Below are positions 58,119 through 64,000 of a stretch of DNA of 64,000 nucleotides, in pieces; position 1 is the stretch's first letter; the number at the start of each line of letters is the position of its first letter. The DNA comes from Burkholderiaceae bacterium. Its GTDB lineage: Bacteria > Pseudomonadota > Gammaproteobacteria > Burkholderiales > Burkholderiaceae_C. The DNA is taken from positions 3,094,971 through 3,158,970 of the forward strand of contig OZ245872.1 in NCBI GenBank assembly GCA_965229345.1, given 5' to 3'. The position numbers and the translations under genes are program-made. The notes under the pieces are model-generated. The model did no database searches. It saw only the letters and a list, made by a program, of their open reading frames with translations, and was not told the origin of the DNA.

Positions 58119-59519
58119 ATGACGCTGATCGACGAGCTGCGTGCCGCCGTCGGTGCCGATCAGGTGCTGAGTGGCGGTGATCTGTCGGCCTGGGAAATCG
58201 ACTGGCGCCGCCGCTACCGGGGCCGAGCGCTGGCCGTGGTGCGGCCGGCCGACACCGCACAGGTGGCTGCCGTGGTGCGGGCCTGCGCGCTGCACGGTGC
58301 GAGCCTGGTGCCACAAGGCGGCAACACCGGCCTGGTCGGTGGCTCGGTGCCCGATGACAGCGGCATGCAGGTGCTGTTGAGCCTGTCGCGGCTGGCAACC
58401 ATCCGCGGTATCGACGCCGACAACCTGACCATCACGGTCGACGCCGGCTGCGTGCTGCAGCAGGTGCAGCAGGCCGCAGCAGACCGGGGCTTGCTCTACC
58501 CGCTGAGCCTGGCCTCAGAAGGCAGCGCCACCATCGGTGGCACGCTGGCCACCAACGCGGGTGGCACCCAGGTGCTGCGCTATGGCACGGCGCGCGAGCT
58601 GTGCCTGGGCCTCGAAGTGGTGACCGCCGCTGGCGAGGTCTGGAACGGCCTCTCCGGCCTGCGCAAGGACAACACCGGCTACGACCTGCGCGACCTGTAC
58701 ATCGGCAGCGAAGGCACGCTGGGCGTGATCACTGGCGCGACGCTGAAGCTCTACCCGCAGCCCGCAGCCACCGGCACCGCGATGGCGGCGGTGCCGACAC
58801 TCGAGGCCGCGGTGCGGCTGCTGGATCTCGCGCGCAGGCGCCTCGGCGCCGGACTGACCGGCTTCGAGGTGATGAACGGACAGGCACTGGGCCTGGTCCG
58901 CACCCATTTCCCGCACTGGCCGCAGCCGCTGCCGCCGGGGCCCTGGACGGTGCTGCTCGAACAGTCGAACACCGACAGCGCAGACCACGCCCAGACGGTG
59001 TTCGAAGCGCTGCTCGAGACCGCGCTGGGCGACGGGGACATCAGCGATGCCGTGGTGGCAGCCAGCCTGGAGCAGAGTGCTGCGATGTGGCGACTGCGCG
59101 AGGGCATCTCGATGGCGCAGGCCGAAGAGGGGCTGAACATCAAGCACGACATTGCGCTGCCGGTGTCGCGCATCGCCGCGTTCGTACACGAGACCGACGC
59201 CGCCCTGAGCGCCGCGTGGCCCGGCATCCGCATCGTCAACTTCGGCCACCTGGGCGACGGCAACCTGCACTACAACGTGCAGGCGCCGCTGGGCGTGCCG
59301 GCCACCGACTTTCTGGCCGGCCACGAAGCGGCGGTGAACACACGGGTGTACGCAGGGGTGCGGGCCCATGGCGGATCGATTTCGGCGGAGCACGGCATCG
59401 GCGCACTCAAGCGCGACATGCTGGCGCAGACCCAGTCGCCGGTGGCACGGCAGCTGATGCGCGCGATCAAATCCGCGCTCGACCCGCTGGGCACGATGAA
59501 CCCGGGCCGCGTGCTGTGA
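58119..59519 (+). CDS. FAD-linked oxidase (GlcD / D-2-hydroxyacid dehydrogenase-like)
   Basis: PQGGNTGLVGGSVP FAD-binding motif and C-terminal SAEHGIG...DP. Internal ATG of the artefactually long ORF 57099..59519. Confidence 0.85.
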   Translation: MTLIDELRAAVGADQVLSGGDLSAWEIDWRRRYRGRALAVVRPADTAQVAAVVRACALHGASLVPQGGNTGLVGGSVPDDSGMQVLLSLSRLATIRGIDADNLTITVDAGCVLQQVQQAAADRGLLYPLSLASEGSATIGGTLATNAGGTQVLRYGTARELCLGLEVVTAAGEVWNGLSGLRKDNTGYDLRDLYIGSEGTLGVITGATLKLYPQPAATGTAMAAVPTLEAAVRLLDLARRRLGAGLTGFEVMNGQALGLVRTHFPHWPQPLPPGPWTVLLEQSNTDSADHAQTVFEALLETALGDGDISDAVVAASLEQSAAMWRLREGISMAQAEEGLNIKHDIALPVSRIAAFVHETDAALSAAWPGIRIVNFGHLGDGNLHYNVQAPLGVPATDFLAGHEAAVNTRVYAGVRAHGGSISAEHGIGALKRDMLAQTQSPVARQLMRAIKSALDPLGTMNPGRVL

Positions 59520-59526
59520 GCAGCCG

Positions 59527-60543
59527 ATGGCCACCGCCCCCAGCCCGCTGAGCCACCACGACATCCTCGGCATCGTCGAGCCCTTCACCCGCCGCAGCCG
59601 GCAGGTCGATCTGGCGGCGAGCGACCGGCTCAACCGGCGGCTGTTGTTCAAGCCGATCGAGCATGCAGGCACCACCGGCCTGCCTGCCCTTCGAGAAACG
59701 CTGCAGCTCGACAGCTACCGTTCAGGCAACTACGAGCTGACGCGCACCCTGGCCCTGGCCGATGGCCGGACAGCCACGCTGCAGACCCACGGACGGCAGC
59801 CCGCCGCGTTGCTCGCACGCATCGAGGCGGTCGCGCCCGAGCAGCAGTTCGTGGCGGGCGCGGGTTATCTGATCGCGCGCAGCTACAGCGTGCCGTCCGA
59901 TCCGGTCACCTCGGCCGAGGGCGTGACGTCGGTGCCGCTGGTGCTCATCCGCGCCGTCATCCATCTGGACGACCTCACATTGACGCTGCGCGTGCCCGAG
60001 GCACGCGGTGTCTCGGCCGACATCACCCTCGCACCCACGCTCGCCACTGATGGCGGCACGCTCGACCTGCCCGATGACCTGCTGGCGGTGATCGGCTGGG
60101 ACTGGACCCGTCTGGTGCGCAAGAAGGACGAATGGGAAAGCCGGCTGCGGCTGCGCGGTGGGCCTGCGCGGCGCACACAGCGGGCCGAGCAGGCAGCAGA
60201 CCGCGCGGCGCTGCATCTGGCGCAGGTGCTGGCCGAACCGCCGGCGCGCTTTCATGAACGGCATCTGCGCGCGCGCTGGTGGGCGGCGCTGCGCCGCGCC
60301 ATCCCGATCCTGACGCCGATCAGTCTCGTCATCACCGTGCTGCTGTTCCCGCGCATCGATTTCGGCGAGAAGCCTGGGTTGTGGCTGATGCTGTACCACC
60401 TGCCCACTGCGCTGATCGCGCTGAGCTTCTGCCTGCAGGAGCTGCCCGAATTCGTGATCCCGCCGCTGCCGCGCCGCTCGGAGGCACCGACGTGGCGAAA
60501 ACCGCCCAAAGACGCGATCAGTGGCGCGCCGGCCAGCGGCTGA
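59527..60543 (+). CDS. conserved hypothetical protein with C-terminal TM segments
   Basis: 338-aa ORF with coding-like composition and two C-terminal hydrophobic helices. No known motif. Confidence 0.5.
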   Translation: MATAPSPLSHHDILGIVEPFTRRSRQVDLAASDRLNRRLLFKPIEHAGTTGLPALRETLQLDSYRSGNYELTRTLALADGRTATLQTHGRQPAALLARIEAVAPEQQFVAGAGYLIARSYSVPSDPVTSAEGVTSVPLVLIRAVIHLDDLTLTLRVPEARGVSADITLAPTLATDGGTLDLPDDLLAVIGWDWTRLVRKKDEWESRLRLRGGPARRTQRAEQAADRAALHLAQVLAEPPARFHERHLRARWWAALRRAIPILTPISLVITVLLFPRIDFGEKPGLWLMLYHLPTALIALSFCLQELPEFVIPPLPRRSEAPTWRKPPKDAISGAPASG

Positions 60544-60549
60544 GCCGGC

Positions 60550-61203
60550 TCAGGGCAACGCCTGCGATTGCTTGAAGCGGGCCTTCCAGCCGCCCCACAG
60601 CACCAGCAGGCCGGGAATCAGGATCGCCGACCAGATCACCTTGTCCAGGTGTTCCTTGACCCACGGCACATTGCCGAACAGGTAGCCTGCCGTCGTCACG
60701 CCACAGACCCACAGCAGCGCACCGGTCACGTCATAGAACGTGAACTTGGCGCGCGACATCTGCGCCACGCCCGCCACGAACGGCGCGAAGGTGCGCACGA
60801 ACGGCATGAAGCGAGCGGCGACGATGGTGACGCCACCGTACTTCTCGTAGAACGCATGCGCCTGCTCGAACGCACGCTTGTTGAAGAAGCGCGAGTTCTC
60901 CCACTGGAACACCTTGGGCCCGAAGTAGCGTCCGATCGTGTAATTGCACTGGTTGCCAAGAATGGCCGCGGCGACCAGCAAGGCCATCGCCAGCGGCAGG
61001 CTCATCAGCCCCGCGCCGCACAGCGCACCGACCACGAACAACAGCGAATCGCCCGGCAAAAAAGGCATCACCACGACGCCGGTCTCGACGAAGATGATCG
61101 CGAACAGCAGCGCGTAGACCCAGGCGCCGTACTGCTGCACGAAGTTCGAAAGGTGCACGTCCACGTGCACGATGAAGTCGATCAGGGCCGCGACGATTTC
61201 CAT
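60550..61203 (-). CDS. DedA family membrane protein
   Basis: FVETGVVVMPFLPGDSLLF and NYTIGRYFG are DedA/SNARE-associated motifs. Confidence 0.85.
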   Translation of the reverse strand: MEIVAALIDFIVHVDVHLSNFVQQYGAWVYALLFAIIFVETGVVVMPFLPGDSLLFVVGALCGAGLMSLPLAMALLVAAAILGNQCNYTIGRYFGPKVFQWENSRFFNKRAFEQAHAFYEKYGGVTIVAARFMPFVRTFAPFVAGVAQMSRAKFTFYDVTGALLWVCGVTTAGYLFGNVPWVKEHLDKVIWSAILIPGLLVLWGGWKARFKQSQALP

Positions 61204-61302
61204 GGTGAACGATTATGGACGGCGCACTGTGCCCGCTCGCGCAGCGCGGCCGGTGCCGACCTGCACAGATGCCGGTGCGGGTGCGGTTTCTACAATGCGG
61301 CG

Positions 61303-63144
61303 ATGAACGCCCGTGGGCCCCACACACCTCGCCGCCCGATCCGGGAACTGCCCGATGAGCTGATCAGCCAGATCGCCGCCGGCGAGGTGGTCGAGCGGCC
61401 GGCGTCTGTCGTGCGCGAACTGGTCGACAACGCGCTCGACGCGGGTGCGCGCGAGGTCACCGTCAAGCTGATCGCAGGCGGCATCCGCGCGGTGCTGGTG
61501 GAAGACGACGGCCACGGCCTGCCCGCCGCCGAGTTGCCACTGGCGCTGCGCCGCCACGCGACCAGCAAGATCGAATCGCTGGGCGATCTGGAAAACGTGG
61601 CGACGATGGGCTTTCGCGGCGAGGCGCTGGCAGCGATCGCGTCGGTGGCCGAGGTGTCGATCGCCAGCCGCTGCGCTGACGACACCCAGGCGCGCCGCCT
61701 CGATGCGCGGTCGGGCGAGATCACGCCGGCCGCGCGCGGCGTCGGCACCAGCGTCGAGGTGCGCGAGCTGTTCTTCAGCACGCCGGCGCGCCGCAAGTTC
61801 CTGAAGACCGAGGCCACCGAGCTGGCGCACTGCGTGGAAGCGGTGCGCCGCCATGCGCTGACGCGGCCTGACGTGAGTTTCGCGGTGTGGCACGAAGGCA
61901 AGCTGGTGCAGCAGTGGCGGCGGGCGGCCAATCAAGCAGACGCCGACGCGCGACTGGCCGACGTGCTGGGCCCCGACTTCATCGCCGACAGCCGGCCGGT
62001 GTCGCTGGACCTGGGCGTGCTGCGCGTCACCGGTCGCGCCGGCACACCGGCCTCGGCACGCAGCCGGGCCGACCTGCAATACGTCTATGTCAACGGCCGC
62101 TACGTGCGCGACAAGCTGATCGCACATGGCGTGCGCAGTGCCTATGAGGACGTGCTGCACGGCGGGCGGCAGCCGGCCTATGTGCTGTTCATCGACATCG
62201 CGCCCGACCGCGTCGATGTGAACGTGCACCCGACGAAGATCGAGGTGCGCTTTCGCGAATCGCGCGAGGTGCACCAGGCGGTGCGGCGTGCGGTGGAGGC
62301 CTCGTTGGCCGACGCGATCACGCCATCCACCCCCCAAAGGCCCGTCGCAGAAGCCGACGCCGCGCCAGCTACCTCCGCTTGGACGGGGCCGAGCCGCGCT
62401 TTCGGCGGCGGCATCGCGTCTCCCACGCAGGTCGCGTTGAGCCTGCAGCAGGCCGCCGTGCTCCATGCGCGCGAGCCCGAGGCCCCTTGGGGCGCCGGGC
62501 TCTCCAGTCGCGACGACACACGCACCGCGCCTTCGATCGCCACCGAGGCCGACCCCAGCGCCTGGCCGCTCGGCAAGGCCATTGCGCAAATCGCCGGCAT
62601 CTACGTGCTGGCCGAGAACGAGCACGGGCTGGTGATCGTCGACATGCATGCGGCGCATGAGCGCGTGGTGTACGAGCGACTGAAGGCGAGCCTCGCCGCC
62701 TCGCGCATCGATGCGCAGCCGCTGCTGATCCCCGCCACCTTCGCCGCCACCGCCGCTGAAATCGCCACCGCCGAAGCGCATGCCGACACGCTGCACACGC
62801 TGGGGCTGGAGGTGTCACCGCTGTCGCCCAGCGTGCTGGCGATCCGCTCGCAGCCCGCCGCACTGGCCGGCGGTGACGCGGTCGAACTGGCGCGCAGCGT
62901 GCTCGCCGAACTGGCCGAGCACGAAGCCAGCAGCGTGGTGCAGCGCGCGCAACATGAAATCCTCTCGACCATGGCCTGCCACGGCGCGGTGCGCGCCAAC
63001 CGGGCCCTGACCCTCGACGAGATGAACGCGCTGCTGCGCGACATGGAGCGCACCGAGCGTGCCGACCAGTGCAACCACGGCCGCCCCACCTGGCGGCAGA
63101 TCACCCGGCGCGAACTCGACGCGCTGTTCTGGCGCGGTCGCTGA
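61303..63144 (+). CDS. mutL: DNA mismatch repair protein MutL
   Basis: IRELPDELISQIAAGEVVERPASVVRELVDNALDAG, GFRGEAL and C-terminal ACHGAVRAN...CNHGRPT. Internal ATG of the long ORF 60568..63144. Confidence 0.95.
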   Translation: MNARGPHTPRRPIRELPDELISQIAAGEVVERPASVVRELVDNALDAGAREVTVKLIAGGIRAVLVEDDGHGLPAAELPLALRRHATSKIESLGDLENVATMGFRGEALAAIASVAEVSIASRCADDTQARRLDARSGEITPAARGVGTSVEVRELFFSTPARRKFLKTEATELAHCVEAVRRHALTRPDVSFAVWHEGKLVQQWRRAANQADADARLADVLGPDFIADSRPVSLDLGVLRVTGRAGTPASARSRADLQYVYVNGRYVRDKLIAHGVRSAYEDVLHGGRQPAYVLFIDIAPDRVDVNVHPTKIEVRFRESREVHQAVRRAVEASLADAITPSTPQRPVAEADAAPATSAWTGPSRAFGGGIASPTQVALSLQQAAVLHAREPEAPWGAGLSSRDDTRTAPSIATEADPSAWPLGKAIAQIAGIYVLAENEHGLVIVDMHAAHERVVYERLKASLAASRIDAQPLLIPATFAATAAEIATAEAHADTLHTLGLEVSPLSPSVLAIRSQPAALAGGDAVELARSVLAELAEHEASSVVQRAQHEILSTMACHGAVRANRALTLDEMNALLRDMERTERADQCNHGRPTWRQITRRELDALFWRGR

Positions 63145-63202
63145 CCCGTCGGACACCCCAACGCCGAGAGGCGCCTTTCATCTGCACACCGACTGGACCC
63201 GC

Positions 63203-64000
63203 ATGGCCACGCTGAAGATCAAACCGAAGAACACGGCCAGCCCGGCCGCCCGCAGCGACCGCGCGCCAGTGCGCGGCGTGGGCATGGGCGTGCGCCGGAG
63301 GCCGACGCTGGCCGAGGCGCAGGCCGAACGCGCGCGACGCGATGCGCAGCCGCCGAGGGAGCGGCCCGCCGAGCGTCCGAACGAACGGGCCTTCGATCGG
63401 CAAAGCGACAAGCGATCGACCCCACCGCGTCCGCCCACGTCGCGACCGCCATCACGCGCGCCGTTCGACACCACACCCCGCGACGCATCTCGTCCTGCCT
63501 CGCGGGCGCCATTCCAATCAGACACCGGCCCCGGCGCCGACCCTCGCCGCGCACCACCCGCCAGCCGCTCGACACGCCCGGCAGAACGTTCCACCGAACC
63601 GAGGCGCGACGCGCGACAGCCCCCCCGCCACGAGCCGCGCCAAGATCGGCGCGACGGTCCACCACCGCGTCCCGGCACGCGCCATCGCGAGGCACCGCCA
63701 GAAGCTCGGCAGCCACGTGACCCGCGCGATCATCAGCCCGATCGCCCACCCATCATCGCCACGCCGCGGTTCCCGGTCAGCCCGCCCGCGCGCCCTGTGG
63801 AAAGCTCAGCCGAGCGCCCACCGGAACGGCCGCCGCAGCGCCCGACCGAACCGAAACGCCGTCATGTGGCGCGCCAAGTTCGTGACGATGACGACGACGA
63901 GCGCGGCCCGTTCCACCGTCAAACCGAAGCCGCGCCGGGCAGCCTGCGCCTGTCCAAGCGCATGAGCGAGCTGGGCCTGGCCTCCCGCCGCGAAGCCGAC
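63203..64000 (+). CDS. rRNA pseudouridine synthase (RluB/RluF-like) with Arg/Pro-rich N-terminal extension (3' end outside window)
   Basis: I translated this frame by hand from the ATG at 63203, and it stays open to the window end. It finishes with LRLSKRMSELGLASRREAD, which resembles the start of the S4 domain of RluB/RluF-type synthases. It is not in the ORF track because no stop codon lies in the window. Confidence 0.5.
   Translation, partial: MATLKIKPKNTASPAARSDRAPVRGVGMGVRRRPTLAEAQAERARRDAQPPRERPAERPNERAFDRQSDKRSTPPRPPTSRPPSRAPFDTTPRDASRPASRAPFQSDTGPGADPRRAPPASRSTRPAERSTEPRRDARQPPRHEPRQDRRDGPPPRPGTRHREAPPEARQPRDPRDHQPDRPPIIATPRFPVSPPARPVESSAERPPERPPQRPTEPKRRHVARQVRDDDDDERGPFHRQTEAAPGSLRLSKRMSELGLASRREAD

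Noticed and set aside
60568-61302. N-terminal 245 codons of ORF 60568..63144
   Set aside because: This part is antisense to the DedA gene. The MutL homology begins at the ATG at 61303.
63342-63965. 207-aa + ORF and overlapping minus-strand ORFs in the 63.1-63.8 kb region
   Set aside because: These are alternate frames of the Arg/Pro-rich extension. The frame from 63203 is the only one that continues into a recognisable S4-like domain.

Overview
High-G+C proteobacterial chromosome segment. Gene content and synteny (lysC followed by tRNA-Ser, tilS, accA, cysS, ppiA/ppiB, lpxH, clpSA, aroC, mutL) suggest Burkholderiales, possibly Comamonadaceae, but this is only a guess from the sequence.

The window has two parts.

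(1) Positions ~540-28300 are an accessory, mosaic region ending next to tRNA-Ser(GCU). From left to right it holds:
- a visibly lower-G+C cassette: class-3 lipase, PhoD-like metallophosphatase and an unknown protein;
- a gene-decay zone with a macro/PARG-like fragment, an orphan polytopic membrane protein and a C-terminal SRAP fragment;
- a truncated prophage late-operon head: MerR-like protein, ParB-domain DNA methylase, DUF5681-like protein and large terminase, with no portal gene;
- a five-gene, translationally coupled type I R-M operon with two paralogous hsdM genes separated by a small HEPN (Rx4H) gene;
- a Septu-like ABC-ATPase plus HNH-nuclease pair 17 nt downstream of hsdR;
- a tightly coupled minus-strand operon: unknown protein, QueC-like PP-loop protein, XRE-HTH/HExxH (ImmA/IrrE-type) peptidase and PIN-like nuclease, preceded by a promoter with two perfect palindromic operators;
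- a DUF3489 / DUF2924 / large serine recombinase integration module.

(2) Positions ~28300-64000 are ordinary core genes.

The best candidate for an undescribed system is the QueC-like / peptidase / PIN operon (21578-25301). The dual-HsdM + HEPN type I locus and the lipase/PhoD-like cassette are secondary candidates.

All domain calls come from motif recognition by eye; no HMM or BLAST search was run. G+C differences were judged by eye and not computed. Many long ORFs in the track are antisense or alternate-frame artefacts of the high G+C content and were rejected.
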